The position numbers were made by a program, and so were the translations under genes. A stretch of DNA of 64,000 nt from Schizosaccharomyces osmophilus (Eukaryota), in assembly GCF_027921745.1 (NCBI RefSeq), contig NC_079239.1:2728001-2792000 (forward strand), written 5' to 3'. Of the stretch, positions 34,355 to 46,398 are shown piece by piece. Position 1 is the stretch's first letter, and every line of letters begins with the position of its first letter. Under the pieces are notes generated by a model, which saw only the letters and a list, made by a program, of their open reading frames with translations, ran no database searches and was not told where the DNA came from.

Positions 34355-35812
34355 CTACAAGTTCCAAGCATTATGTCCATTCAAATCAGACTGAAAAACA
34401 AAATCATTGGCAGGAGGTGCTTGACTATTATCGTATGAAGGAACTGAAGAATGAGTTTGTGGTCGAGTTTCTTGAGGACTGATCCGCGAAGCAGCAGTTG
34501 GCGTGTTACGGACGGTGTTTTTGCGAGCCTCAGGTGCAGGTTGAAATTCATCATCATCATCATCATCACTCTCAGAGACAGCCTCGACAGGTGGGTGCGT
34601 ATTTTCTTGTGTAAAGGCGGGTTGATGGTATCCGGATATATAGGTATTTAAAGCTTCCCACCACTTCATTAATTCAACTTGACTACTAGCGCGGAAAGAG
34701 TAGTCTGAACGAGATCCAAACACCTTGTTTGTCGCATCCTTTCCAGTGATTTTGAATTTTGCTTTTTTGTCTGAGGGACGGCCAATTAAGGAATCGGGTA
34801 TATATAAAGCAAATTCGGGTTCAGGATCGACTTGAGGGTCTGAGGACTTGAATTCGTAAAGATAACCCGAACGAGTGAAAGCATAAAACCCCCTCTGTTT
34901 TTTCTTCATGATTGTAGTTTTTCGAATTAGATAACCAGCAACAATGGGAACAGTTGGTGATTTGTTTTTACCGGGATACGGCAATTCGGAATATATTCGA
35001 GGTGTCACAGAGCCCTTAATAAAATCTGGTTCTCGCTTGGCATATGAAGACCATTCACCAGTTAAAGTCTGAGCTTCAGAGACTTGCAGAATTTCGCGCA
35101 CATGATTAATGGATTTGGTAAAGGTTTGGTTCATGAGTATTTCGAACTGGCGTATAATATCCTTGATTTTCGAAATGGTATTTTGCTCAAATCGAAAGGA
35201 AAGTTCTTGGATTTGGGCCACTGAGTGAACATGATTGTTTTCTTCGGCAACTTGGCGAGCTAAGGAGTTGAGGACAAGGCGATCAACGATAAAAGGATCG
35301 TTTTTTACATTTACAGCAGCAGGATTATCACCACCCCACGGCAACAAAGCACGGTCTAATTGCACTAGAAGCTTCTGCGATTCTGAACGTTGCTTTTCTA
35401 CGCCCTTTACACCCTTGGTACCATCAGCATTGATTTTTTTACAATGCTCTTTCAAATCGTCACGAAGCAACTCTAAAACTTTGATAATGGCTCCAGGAAG
35501 CTGAATCGATAATTGCTCGTTATCGGTGGAAATAGCTGCTGTTTGGTCTCGCAAGGCTGCAAACACATCCTGCACTCCGTGTTCATCAAATATGTTCACA
35601 TCTTTGGAAGGATGCGTAATTATTTTACTCAACTTCAAGTATTCCTTTGATGTGGATTTCGACAAAGATTCAAGTTGTTTAAAGAACGAAATCAGATTTT
35701 CTACGAGATGCCTCCATCCTTCAAACCGGTACGTGAGCGAGTTGCAGAGACCCATGTAAGCGTCCGTTTGAGGGACCGCATCTTTATTCGGTGAAGCAGT
35801 TTTTTGATCCAT
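34355..35812 (-). CDS. slm1: BAR-PH domain protein Slm1-like
   Basis: Helical N-terminus plus PH domain (AGYLIRK...FTRSGYLYEFK...ELMKWW); synteny. Confidence 0.82.
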   Translation of the reverse strand: MDQKTASPNKDAVPQTDAYMGLCNSLTYRFEGWRHLVENLISFFKQLESLSKSTSKEYLKLSKIITHPSKDVNIFDEHGVQDVFAALRDQTAAISTDNEQLSIQLPGAIIKVLELLRDDLKEHCKKINADGTKGVKGVEKQRSESQKLLVQLDRALLPWGGDNPAAVNVKNDPFIVDRLVLNSLARQVAEENNHVHSVAQIQELSFRFEQNTISKIKDIIRQFEILMNQTFTKSINHVREILQVSEAQTLTGEWSSYAKREPDFIKGSVTPRIYSELPYPGKNKSPTVPIVAGYLIRKTTIMKKKQRGFYAFTRSGYLYEFKSSDPQVDPEPEFALYIPDSLIGRPSDKKAKFKITGKDATNKVFGSRSDYSFRASSQVELMKWWEALNTYISGYHQPAFTQENTHPPVEAVSESDDDDDDEFQPAPEARKNTVRNTPTAASRISPQETRPQTHSSVPSYDNSQAPPANDFVFQSDLNGHNAWNL

Positions 35813-37371
35813 GGATATGGCTCTCTATAAGTGATTCAGTCCTCGTTCAATTCCTTACGACTGTAATTCCACGTTACCTGTGATTGTTACTCGCAGTTAG
35901 TGTTTTGTCTTTCACGTCATGCAATGTAAACAAACTGGGAAATTGAGATGCAAACTCGAAAAGCAAGAATTGTGTCTACTTTCAATAGACAGGTCTTTTA
36001 TAGATATACGTTTTTCACTCCTGTTTCATAAGAAATTCTTTCTTAAGGAGGACAAAGCCTGCTCTTGTTCAATGGAATGGTTGTATGCAAAAATTAAAAT
36101 AAAGAACCCATGCATCAGTTTCAAGACAAAGAATCAAATACTGTTGCTTCTCAATTTTTTGGCTCTTCGTATGTTTCAAAACAACGTAAACGACCTTTTC
36201 TTACCTACCGACTTGTAAAGTTGTGCAGATCCTAACACACAGAATAAAATAAAAAAGTATACGGGGATTTGCTGAAAATATACCAGTATTTCCAAAGCAA
36301 TTTATGTTAGTAAGCCTTCCTACAGACCTTGTTTTATTCCCCTTCTGCGTTTGTCTTTTTGCCTTTTTATCTTGTTTCATTTCGTTTTGTTTATATTTAT
36401 ATTATAGTGAGTTCCTGTAGAATTCCCAAAAGTAACCCTTCGCGCTCGTACGCATCCTTATTTCATGGAAGACATAGGATTTCGGAAGCCAAGAAATCTC
36501 ACCAGTTCAGTTCAGGAATTTGAATCATCAGTGTTTTTTCGCTTTAACGCTTCAATTTTGAGTCATAATAAAGGAAAGCTACATAAGGTTTCAAATATTT
36601 TAAAAGATTTTGGGATCCTTTTTGAATTATACGAATTTTTTTCAAAGTTTTGACGTCTTTGGTATTTGTTTACAAGCTTTGTTTATTCTCGATAGCATTG
36701 CTTCATAAAAGGCTTCGGTAAAGCATTGTTTTTGTAATTTCTTTGCATTTGCAAATAGAAAATCTTTGACATTGGCACTCAACCGTTCTTCGGCCGCTTT
36801 TGTTCAGTTTGCATCAAAAGCATTCTTTCAGCAAACGAATTCTTTCTCTTCGTGTTCTGTGTCTTGATTAAGCATCATTTTTGCATTTATATGTTTTAAT
36901 TATCTGCATCCTCTTTGGTCTCGCCTTTGCAGTCTTCTATACATGTGGCCGAAGGCTCTTTAAAATACATCGTAGGAAAATATTCCGTCTTTCTAGGATT
37001 ACCTGTTCTACTAGAATAGGATCTCTGTTGATTACTCTCTACTAGCTGAAAATTTTGCATTGATCTTTTGTGCCATTCCTTCAATTTTCCCAAAATAGAA
37101 AGATATCACGTCTGATTCAAAGAGTAGCCTTCTTTTGAGCTTGGACAATACGATCCCGCTGCTTTTCTACAAGCTAGTTTCCTGGATTGATTCTTTTTAA
37201 GCTACATTTTCATTCTTTCGGATTTGGATTCACCCTGTTGCATAATCCAAACGTCTATTTATTATACATAGTCCACGCTATCGGCTAAATTTTTTCTTCT
37301 TTTTCTATTTTCTTTCCTTTCTTTTCTTATTTTCCAAGCATTAACCTATTTATTCTCTTTTTGTTACAAAC

Positions 37372-39543
37372 ATGCCAACCCTTGATTACCAAGGTTCTAA
37401 CGCCGACGTTGATGAAATTAATCGAAGAAATCAAGAGTTTGTAGACACCAATGAGTTCTCTAATAAAAATAGAGATTTCATTGCATCTCGTGGAGAGGCA
37501 ATGGATACTTCACAAACGAAGCCTGATCAATCATGTGATGAACATGGTGCTATTGATAATATCGATTCTTCCCGAAACGGCACAATGGACCTTCATAAAA
37601 GTCTTGATATGAACGAAACTTTTGATGAAGACAATGGCATTCAGTCAGATGCTCTCGGAGAAGGCATGTCTCAAGAAGATTTGGATAAAGAACGGGAAGC
37701 CCTTACATATCTTCGTCGATTATCCATGCAGGGTACAGACGATCCAGATCTTCATACAGATTGGTCTGTCATGATGTCTCCTCCGGAGTCAGAGTCAGAT
37801 GCATCTACTTTATTTTGGGTTCCAGCAGATTTACATCCGGAAGTAAACCCCAATGGTTGGAAAGACTTTCTAGATTTACAAGTCAAGAATTTAAAGCACC
37901 CGAAGCAAATGGACACCAATGCCACTCCCCTGCAGCATATACGCTCTTTGCGAAGAAGGAGTTCGTTGTTGTCTCGCCAGGTCAAAGCTGACGATGCTGC
38001 TCAGAATTATCAGGATGGTAGTCCAATTATCGAAAAGAAGAACATCCAGCGGGGTAAGTCTCTTCACTTACAAGACTTGGAACACTTGGAGTCTTTAGCC
38101 AGAAATCCCAAGAAAATGGAAAGTCTTGTTGATAGTATGAGGTCAGAACCTCCTGAAGATAGCCCAATTCTGGTGTCACCGAACCAATTTTTACAGCGTT
38201 CTTCTCGTACTACAATCCGACGGTCTGGAGCCTCGATCAAAACTATAAATCGTGGAAAAGCCTCCACTTTACTAGGTAATAGATCTCCTTTTGCCATGAA
38301 TAAGGATGGCCTGTCTCGTTCTCTCAGTGTTCTCAGACCCTCCTCTTCTATGTCTCGCCGAGATGAGCAAAAGGTAGAGGCTCCATCGACGCCACCTTTA
38401 TCAAAATCTTTACAAGACAATGCTGAAGTGAAACAAAACAACAGTGATTTGAAATATATTGACTCAGCGACAGATTCCGATGTAGTTGGGCAGATGCCCG
38501 ATTCCAAGACTCAAGATAAAGTGGATGACATTAGTAAGGAAGGTGAAGACCTAGTTTCTTCACCTGAACAGCTTCCTGAATTCAATAAATCTCAACAAAA
38601 CGAAATCGCATCTCAGACCAAAAAAACAAAGGATAGTGAGATAGAACAAGACGATTTTGTCTCACCGTCCTTGCATCCATCTCCTGGATCCAAATCCGAC
38701 GAAATTGTGCAAACGAATCCTACACCTGCGAAGGACAAGTTTGAAGAAAATCAAATGGAAGTCGGAAAACCTTCAGAGTCTACAGAAAAGGAAAAAAGTG
38801 ATCCGGTGCCTAAGCAACCTACCACCGCAAACCATAAACCACCATCTTCACCGGAAACTAAGAAATTAAAAAAACCTTGGGGCCGTCTGTTCACTTCAAA
38901 TGATCATGAAAAGGATCAAAAGAAAGATAAGACAAAAAAGAAAGGTGAAGAACAATCCGCATCTCAATCTTCACCAGGTAAAGATGGCATCTTTGGGTCA
39001 CTTTTCAGTTCAAAAAAAAAATCAGCAGAAACTAGTAGTGAGAAGCCTATTACAAACCTCCGACCTATTTCTCGTCGTCCAGCAATACCAAAGGAAGAGC
39101 GCATTAACGACCAGGAAGCTCCAAGCACCTTACTCAACACTGCAGCAAACATTCCTAATGCTGACAAGTCGGACAAGCCCGAGGATTTCATACCGGATAA
39201 AGATTATTATTGGTCCCGATTCCCTATTTGTACAGAAAGAGCTATATACCGGTTGTCACACATTAAGTTGTCAAATGCCCAACGGCCTTTAGTTCAGCAA
39301 GTGTTGCTAAGTAATTTTATGTACTCTTACTTGGATTTGATTTCTCGAATTAGTGCAACTCGTAACAGAATTCAGAATAATCCCAGACCAAGTGGTCCCC
39401 GACGTTCTGAATTTTCAGCCGAAAACGTGAAAAATGAGTTGGAAAATTTGAGTTATCATTTTGGTGACCAAAGAAGGCGATCCGTAAATAGGAAAAAACC
39501 CCCTCTTCAGCATACTTCAAAAAAAGGTCTTAAGTCCGGTTAA
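37372..39543 (+). CDS. zds1: Zds family protein (PP2A regulator)
   Basis: LFWVPADLHPE and the C-terminal Zds domain RFPICTERAIYRLSHIKLSNAQRPLVQQVLLSNFMYSYL. Confidence 0.93.
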   Translation: MPTLDYQGSNADVDEINRRNQEFVDTNEFSNKNRDFIASRGEAMDTSQTKPDQSCDEHGAIDNIDSSRNGTMDLHKSLDMNETFDEDNGIQSDALGEGMSQEDLDKEREALTYLRRLSMQGTDDPDLHTDWSVMMSPPESESDASTLFWVPADLHPEVNPNGWKDFLDLQVKNLKHPKQMDTNATPLQHIRSLRRRSSLLSRQVKADDAAQNYQDGSPIIEKKNIQRGKSLHLQDLEHLESLARNPKKMESLVDSMRSEPPEDSPILVSPNQFLQRSSRTTIRRSGASIKTINRGKASTLLGNRSPFAMNKDGLSRSLSVLRPSSSMSRRDEQKVEAPSTPPLSKSLQDNAEVKQNNSDLKYIDSATDSDVVGQMPDSKTQDKVDDISKEGEDLVSSPEQLPEFNKSQQNEIASQTKKTKDSEIEQDDFVSPSLHPSPGSKSDEIVQTNPTPAKDKFEENQMEVGKPSESTEKEKSDPVPKQPTTANHKPPSSPETKKLKKPWGRLFTSNDHEKDQKKDKTKKKGEEQSASQSSPGKDGIFGSLFSSKKKSAETSSEKPITNLRPISRRPAIPKEERINDQEAPSTLLNTAANIPNADKSDKPEDFIPDKDYYWSRFPICTERAIYRLSHIKLSNAQRPLVQQVLLSNFMYSYLDLISRISATRNRIQNNPRPSGPRRSEFSAENVKNELENLSYHFGDQRRRSVNRKKPPLQHTSKKGLKSG

Positions 39544-39941
39544 TTTTGAAAGAGCGTCAGTTTTGTTGGTTTTCAGTCATTTATACATTTTTGCTCTGTA
39601 TAATTCATCCAATCGGTTCAAAAATATCTTCTTATTTTGCGTACTATACCATAAAGTACGATTTGCATGATTCTCTACTTTGTAATGTTGCCAACTTTCA
39701 TTCGTTTATTCTATGACCAGTATATTTGGTATAATTAATGATATTCAGAAATTTATTCTCATTTGCCATTATGCATGACATTGTAAGGTGTAAATAACTT
39801 ACTAAATACTTAATTACTATAACGTTTTCTCATTTTCTGTCTCCTATAAATTGCAATCAATGAACCTTTATTTGGTATGGTGAATGCATTTCATTTTTTT
39901 GTTTTTGAAGATAATTTACCTAGTCCACAAGTATAAGAACA

Positions 39942-42900
39942 TTATGACAAATGAAAGCTACCTTGACCCTCTAAGATGGCCTTTGATAGACGACTAGCCA
40001 AAACTTCCACAGAAGAGTATTCAGGTAATTTCAAATAATTAACGCAAGTCATAACAGTTGGTAAATAATCGTCGGGTTTATATGGTGGTTCATTCAAACG
40101 TCTCACAATTGTAAATGGTGGGTTCATACCAGCAAAACCACCTATCGGTAACTTTCGACTACCAGTTATAAATTGAAGGAAATCTCTCTGTTCCCGGAAG
40201 TTCATACTACTCATAAGTTGTAAAAGCCTTTGAATAGGTGCACTTTCGATAGTGTATCCGTGATCTGCAACAACCGATTTAAGAAGCGTTTCATAACTCC
40301 AGTCTTCATCAATTGTTCCAAAAAGCGATGAAAGCTCATACTCCGTTAAAACTCGAAGTGAAGAGTAAGCAAAAACGCTTGAAAACCCTTCTTGGAAGCT
40401 TTGTATTTGTCGTCTAATCCCTTTCCCAACAGTAAAATCAATGATGTACTTGATGTAGTCTTCCAAATTACTTTTGTTGACCGAAATAGTACTTCCGTTG
40501 GGTATAAGCTCTATAGAGGAATACCCTGGAAGCGTAAAATCAAGGCCTAAGCTCTCTATATCAACGTCAAAATTAGGGCCCCCAACCCCAGAAGTTAGGG
40601 ATTGCAAGTAACGCAATGAAGTCGCTAGACCTTTATCTACCTTTGCAACTGACGAGATAGTAAGCGGAATAGCCCTTGCAAAGAACAGCGGATTACATTG
40701 CAAACTAACGACTCTTGAGTCATAAATTGAACGTGCAACGAATTTTCCTAATGCCGAAAATAGCGATAGTTTTTTTTTATTTTCATCGCTTCCTTCCACC
40801 GTCGATATGGGTGAAGGGAATAAACCAGAAGCATGAAAAACATATTGTGATTCACTATGCTCATTTCTCCAGATGTCGAAGGCAGTGTTCGTAAACTCTC
40901 TAGAAACAGTAGTGTAAAATTCCAATGTCGGGCCTAGGCCAGAACCAACTTCGTCTTCATATTCTATTTCCAATACCTTATCAGAAGATCCATAGCTAGA
41001 TAGAACCTGCAAAGCATAATTAAACATATCTTTTCTTGGTATTCTAATTTTCTGACGACGTAAACTTACGTACTGAAGAATAGAAGAGCCTTCATTCTTG
41101 GGCAAATTGGAATTTCTTGATAATATAAAAGCCACTGACCTTGGTAAACCAAGCGATGTTGACTGCAGTAGTTGATAGCGTGATTCAAACGGTATTAAAA
41201 ATGGATATTCAGAAGTTAAAGAAATACACCACGAAGGTGTACATCCATGCACAATTATAGACTGTTCTTCCAATTGACGGTTTAACTTAGCACTCAACTT
41301 CCAGTTACTAAATTCCATGAGTACGTTTTCAAGACTTCCCCGAATATGCTTTTCGGGAAATATGGTCTGTAAATCACGAACACCATAATATAGTACACGT
41401 AACATTTCTAGTATTTCTTTTATTTTGCTAGGAATTTCTTCCGATTCGTCTACAGAATTCTGAGTCTCATTGTCTTCCTTATAAGAAGAGGGTTCGCCAT
41501 AATATAGGGGAATTGTTGTTTTCCATATATCATCAATAGTGTGTTCATCTGACCGTTCAATAAAACTAAATAATGCTTTAAAAATAGTGGTTTCTGGCAG
41601 TAAAAGCTTTTTACCAAGACAAAATGCAAAATGTCTAGAATTGAGTTCACCGGGTACAGAAGAATCAGCTTCATTTACAGAACCTGAACCAATGGAACTG
41701 TTTTCATTCTGAGATAAATCCGTTGGATTTTCAAAAGATTCATGCCTGGTTGAGTCGCCTGACTCCTGCAATGAGTCACTTTCAGGAAATGATGACAGTC
41801 GACGCTCACTTTCATCCCGATGAAGGACTCGAGTATATAGATAGTTTTCCAATACTCGAATCGTGGCTAACCCATTTATTGATACAATCAATGAACGGAA
41901 AGGGGGTTGGATGTTGGATCCGGGAAGAGCAATTAATCGAACTTTAAATTGCCTGGACGAAACGTGTTCCAACGAATTATATGAAAGAGAAGGTAAAATT
42001 GTTAATTGAAAATTCTCAATTCTCGACAAAAGCTCCTGTAAACAAAATATGAACGACATAAGCGGGCTTCCTTCATATTCTAAAACCTCCGTTTCTTTGC
42101 TTTTATTCATTGACAACAAAAAGTACCTTAATGCGTTACTATTAGGTTTCCGCATGGACAAAAGCAAACTACGTATTAATCCTGAGTGTAACAATTCAAA
42201 ACTAGTGACGTTGGTCGTTTTTTGAAAAACTACTGCAAGTTCTTTACAAGAGCTTTCAACGTAAACGTCACTAGCTAAGCGCTTCGAAAGATCAATTAAA
42301 TCGTGAAGCACTGGATTCTCCAGGCTTTCAATCTCGTAATTTCCTAAGAAACTTTTGGATAACGCCTTAATGGATGACAGTTTCTTTAGTTCTTCATGAC
42401 GATGAGTAGACTTGGATTGGGAGAATGAAATACTGAGCTTTAGCTTCTTTAAATCAGAATTTATGGAACGGCTTATGTATCCAACTTCTTGCACGACACC
42501 TTCTCTTATAAACAGGGAATAGTAAACATCAGGTAGGGCTTCAAGGAGGTAAATCGCCATTTCCAAAGCGTTTTGTTTTGAATAATTGTCCGCCTTTCTA
42601 GCACATAAAATAGATGCAATGAAGGATGATAAAGGCAAATTTTGTACTAGACGCCTTAGATCTTCACCATCAATTGACCTTAACATCATAAGTGCTGTAG
42701 ATACTGCTAATAACTTCACTTCGTGTGTAGGGACGGTGGAGTAGATGTCAAGTACAATTGGTAGTAATATACTATCCATTCGATGAATTCGTGTTACCAA
42801 GTCTGCTTGTCCGGCAAAAGGGGCTTTAGGTAAAAATGATATTATAGTTTGCAATAAAGCGATAATGAGACTGTTAGGACAGTGATAGAGACTCTGCATA

Positions 42901-44900
42901 GCTACCATACTAGAATGATGCGAGGTCTCTGGAGGTGGAAGCCCGCACAATAATTCATACATAATTTCTGGAAGTCCATGATTTAAAACAGGTAGTATAA
43001 AAGAACTAGAGGTTATACATAATGATGAAATTATGTGAAAAAGTTGAACTTGAAGATCAGTGGCCTTCTTTTGCATAGTGCTCGTGGTCAAAGCTTTTAT
43101 GACAGTGCTAATTAAATCTTCGCTTATGAGTGATTTGATTATATTCGGAGAGAAATTCAATGAATCGATAATACTTTCCAAACACTCAAAACCCTTCGTT
43201 ACAACAACCGAATCAGAAGACTGTAAAGTATTGGATAACAAAGGGATAACTTCCTCAGCAAACTCGGCATTAAACTCGTCAATATGCTTACAGCAATTAG
43301 CAGCAAGCGAAATAGCCGTTCTCTGGACGTTCGTATAAAAAAAATCAAAGTATTGCAGAGCAGCTAGCATACCACGGTGTTCTAGTATACAATTACCAAA
43401 GTCAACAGACAACTTTTCGAAAATCCCCAAAGCTTGCTCAGCTATATCTATGTATTGCATGTCAAACATCCTTTCGCATAGGACGCGGACGATGGGACTA
43501 TGGGCAACTTTGGCCATAGAAAGTGGAAGGGCTTCCATCATGTTGGATATGCAAGTGGCACAAGTAAGCATAAGTTGGATTGCAGTTTCTCCAACTAAGA
43601 GTTCAGAAGAAAGGATATCTGAAAAGGCAGAGATGAACGCATCTGGGGAAAAGACTCCTATTAACATATCTTCTGTGCTCATTGCAAAAGTCTCGGAAAG
43701 TTCTTGGAGAGAAAGTAACTGAATGGTCGGATCGCTAAAATCTTTAATTCCCCTCAACAGACGCGAAAATTGACCAGAAGGAGCAAAGACAGAAGAACGA
43801 AGCGGATTAAAGGAAAATGCGCTAGCACCAAGGTCATCGTCCTCTGCATTTTCCAAATTACCAGATGAAAGGACACTTGAGGCTAAGCGGCGAAAACGAT
43901 CACTTCTTTGAAGCCGGCTAAGTTCACTATAAAGAGACTGCTCATCAATGTTGTCTCCGGTTTCGTCAGGGAAATTTGTTCCGGAGCGACGACGAAATAT
44001 GTTATTTGGACTCCGAAAGGCGACGTTTCTGAAGCTGTAGTCATCCTCATCCTCATCCTTTTCTTCTTCTTCTTCTTCTTCTTCTTCTTCTTCTTCCTCG
44101 TCTTTGTCTTCATCGTCCTCCTCATCTTCGTCGCTATCATCGTGCCCCTCATCACCATTATCGTCATTGCTTTCTTGGTCATCATAATTGTCATCATCAT
44201 TATTATTTTCATTAGTGCTAGCATCGCTGTTTTCATCAAAATCATAATCATCTTCATTGCTATTTTCATATGGGGCTCCACTTCCTTCATGATAGTTACT
44301 TTCACTCTGGTCAAAGTCGCGAGTTATCCTGGATGAATCCCTGTTGCTTCCGGATTCGATTCCACTAGATTTCCCTTGTCCATTAGAAGTATTAGAGCTA
44401 TTCGTCGTATTCGTCAAATGAACCTCCGATAATTTATTTTCACTGGGATTGCTAAGCATTAATGATGAGGGGCCTGTTGAAGAACTCTTCAAAGCAAAGT
44501 CTTCCAGACAGATTTTCGACGGATCTGGCAAACCTTGAGACTGTTGATATCCAGGCTTTTTCTTCCCGTATGGTAGTCTCGAAGGACTTGAATTCTGCAG
44601 TCGATTATGTGACTTAGGATAAGGGCAGTTTCCTAACCTACCAGAGTCAATTCTGTTTCTGTAATTCAATCCAGAGGACACGGAATCTTGCATATGGATT
44701 GATTGTGAAGGCAATATGGAGACACTCATTTTTTCGACATCACTTGATATCCTAATCTTTGTCTTTCTTAAAGTATTCTCTAATTCACTTAAATAATGCT
44801 TTTTGGTTAAGTCACTCGAGTTTGTGAAAGAATAAGGGTTGGACGCAGGTTTGCTAACAGGATGAAGGTCGGCTTGGGTAAAGTCAAGCTTTGCAACCAT
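39942..44900 (-). CDS. ufd4: HECT E3 ubiquitin ligase, Ufd4/TRIP12 type (ARM + HECT)
   Basis: QYIDIAEQAL, EVGSGLGPTLEFY, LPTVMTCVNYLKLPEYS...EGQGSFHLS. Confidence 0.93.
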   Translation of the reverse strand: MVAKLDFTQADLHPVSKPASNPYSFTNSSDLTKKHYLSELENTLRKTKIRISSDVEKMSVSILPSQSIHMQDSVSSGLNYRNRIDSGRLGNCPYPKSHNRLQNSSPSRLPYGKKKPGYQQSQGLPDPSKICLEDFALKSSSTGPSSLMLSNPSENKLSEVHLTNTTNSSNTSNGQGKSSGIESGSNRDSSRITRDFDQSESNYHEGSGAPYENSNEDDYDFDENSDASTNENNNDDDNYDDQESNDDNGDEGHDDSDEDEEDDEDKDEEEEEEEEEEEEEKDEDEDDYSFRNVAFRSPNNIFRRRSGTNFPDETGDNIDEQSLYSELSRLQRSDRFRRLASSVLSSGNLENAEDDDLGASAFSFNPLRSSVFAPSGQFSRLLRGIKDFSDPTIQLLSLQELSETFAMSTEDMLIGVFSPDAFISAFSDILSSELLVGETAIQLMLTCATCISNMMEALPLSMAKVAHSPIVRVLCERMFDMQYIDIAEQALGIFEKLSVDFGNCILEHRGMLAALQYFDFFYTNVQRTAISLAANCCKHIDEFNAEFAEEVIPLLSNTLQSSDSVVVTKGFECLESIIDSLNFSPNIIKSLISEDLISTVIKALTTSTMQKKATDLQVQLFHIISSLCITSSSFILPVLNHGLPEIMYELLCGLPPPETSHHSSMVAMQSLYHCPNSLIIALLQTIISFLPKAPFAGQADLVTRIHRMDSILLPIVLDIYSTVPTHEVKLLAVSTALMMLRSIDGEDLRRLVQNLPLSSFIASILCARKADNYSKQNALEMAIYLLEALPDVYYSLFIREGVVQEVGYISRSINSDLKKLKLSISFSQSKSTHRHEELKKLSSIKALSKSFLGNYEIESLENPVLHDLIDLSKRLASDVYVESSCKELAVVFQKTTNVTSFELLHSGLIRSLLLSMRKPNSNALRYFLLSMNKSKETEVLEYEGSPLMSFIFCLQELLSRIENFQLTILPSLSYNSLEHVSSRQFKVRLIALPGSNIQPPFRSLIVSINGLATIRVLENYLYTRVLHRDESERRLSSFPESDSLQESGDSTRHESFENPTDLSQNENSSIGSGSVNEADSSVPGELNSRHFAFCLGKKLLLPETTIFKALFSFIERSDEHTIDDIWKTTIPLYYGEPSSYKEDNETQNSVDESEEIPSKIKEILEMLRVLYYGVRDLQTIFPEKHIRGSLENVLMEFSNWKLSAKLNRQLEEQSIIVHGCTPSWCISLTSEYPFLIPFESRYQLLQSTSLGLPRSVAFILSRNSNLPKNEGSSILQYVSLRRQKIRIPRKDMFNYALQVLSSYGSSDKVLEIEYEDEVGSGLGPTLEFYTTVSREFTNTAFDIWRNEHSESQYVFHASGLFPSPISTVEGSDENKKKLSLFSALGKFVARSIYDSRVVSLQCNPLFFARAIPLTISSVAKVDKGLATSLRYLQSLTSGVGGPNFDVDIESLGLDFTLPGYSSIELIPNGSTISVNKSNLEDYIKYIIDFTVGKGIRRQIQSFQEGFSSVFAYSSLRVLTEYELSSLFGTIDEDWSYETLLKSVVADHGYTIESAPIQRLLQLMSSMNFREQRDFLQFITGSRKLPIGGFAGMNPPFTIVRRLNEPPYKPDDYLPTVMTCVNYLKLPEYSSVEVLASRLSKAILEGQGSFHLS
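44061..44096. repeat. (TTC)12 microsatellite encoding poly-Glu in ufd4
   Basis: Twelve perfect TTC units within an acidic low-complexity tract. Confidence 0.9.
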
Positions 44901-45678
44901 GTAGATATACTAATTGATATCTAGCCGTTGGATCTATTAAAAGAAACAAAAAACTTAACTGGAATTTTTTATTGTAACTTTACCAGGTGTTAGTAGCGGA
45001 AGTAATGTGAATTCCTTGTCTGAGACAAATACACCATCACACTATTATGATAAAAGCATTCGTCGAATATTAGAAATGAATAAATGAAATTGTCTTATAT
45101 TTCAAGATATGTCTAATTAGTTAAATTTTGTAAACTTACATAAGAAAATGGCAATAACGAATTGCCATCAATAAGTATGACTGAAGTAGTGAGTATGTAT
45201 GAAGAGAACAAACAGAGCATAATACAGTAGACGGTTGATCCCTATAAATGCTTTGCAGCTTCGCAAGTTAAATGAGTGAATGAATAAATTTTAAAAGAAT
45301 GTCATTGTACCATAACTAAATGCAAAACATTAGAATCCGATGAAAATAGCTATCAATATAAAGTGCAAAGTTAGTAATTGCTTTGCAAATTAAATTCTCT
45401 AAGTGAACTTTGACAAGGTACACAAGGAATTATGCTGAAGAATGCTCAATGCTATGATATTCATGGGAATCTTTGCTAGTTGCAGTCGGCATTTAATTCC
45501 TACCGATCATTACAAAGGGGAATGGAGTAGAAAGAGTTTCTGAAAGTTTCAACCTTAATTTTTCATAATGATTTCCTTTTTAAGTTTGTTGAGCACTAGC
45601 TTTCTTCAGGTTCTTAGTGAAGGGTTTTTCTAATAAATCACAAGAGCAAGCAAACGAAAAGTAAACGTATCATTTTCT

Positions 45679-46398
45679 TCAGTTTCTCAATTTTCTATCA
45701 CCTTTAGGTCGATCTTTGAGGCTGGTTTGCAATATGACATGTCGCAAACCAAAGAAAGACAAATAGTCAAATGCTTCATCGACAACAGGTTCAAACCCGT
45801 CGGACTTGAGACTTTGTAAAATCCATTTATCCGTAGTAAATGACTCAGCTGAAACCTTGTTTTGCTTCATTTTTTTTGCACTGTTTAAGGCCACGTCGAG
45901 CAAATCGTAAGCAAATTTATAAAACTTGGGGATCACATTCCAATGAACAATGGTAGGAGTATTGTTGTAAGCACCCACTGCATTCGGAGGAAGGATACCA
46001 ATAATTCCAATCAATCGATCTTTGTTGACGTAGGCTAAATAGAAATGCTTAAGATTTTCGTCGCGCAAATTACCAGTATCTTCGGTCATTTCGTCAGCAA
46101 TAGAAGAAAATAGATTTCGACAGGGAATTTCCATAATTGTTAAAAAGAAAGCACTCACAAAGACTCCTAACAAGACCGTCCTCAAAATTGTATTTCCCTC
46201 TGCCATTTTGGTCATGCGATATACTCCTAAGAAAACGAATCCAAAAGCGGCCAAGTAAATAGGATGCCAAAATATTTGCTGAGAAAGGTTCTTAGACTGT
46301 CCAGTAATACCACTAACTGCAATGGCTTTGACAGCTTTCCAGTCTTCTTCAGTACTTGCCGGGCGAATTTCGACTACTTCTTTCGAAGATTCCGACAT
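45679..46398 (-). CDS. pho86: Pho86-like ER membrane protein with a GNAT-like C-terminus
   Basis: IFWHP motif followed by two TM helices; synteny with SPAC12B10.02c. Confidence 0.7.
   Translation of the reverse strand: MSESSKEVVEIRPASTEEDWKAVKAIAVSGITGQSKNLSQQIFWHPIYLAAFGFVFLGVYRMTKMAEGNTILRTVLLGVFVSAFFLTIMEIPCRNLFSSIADEMTEDTGNLRDENLKHFYLAYVNKDRLIGIIGILPPNAVGAYNNTPTIVHWNVIPKFYKFAYDLLDVALNSAKKMKQNKVSAESFTTDKWILQSLKSDGFEPVVDEAFDYLSFFGLRHVILQTSLKDRPKGDRKLRN

Noticed and set aside
43883..44336. Alternative-frame and antisense ORFs with poly-K or poly-F
   Set aside because: Shadows of the acidic repeat tract in ufd4; the same applies to the other short ORFs nested in real genes
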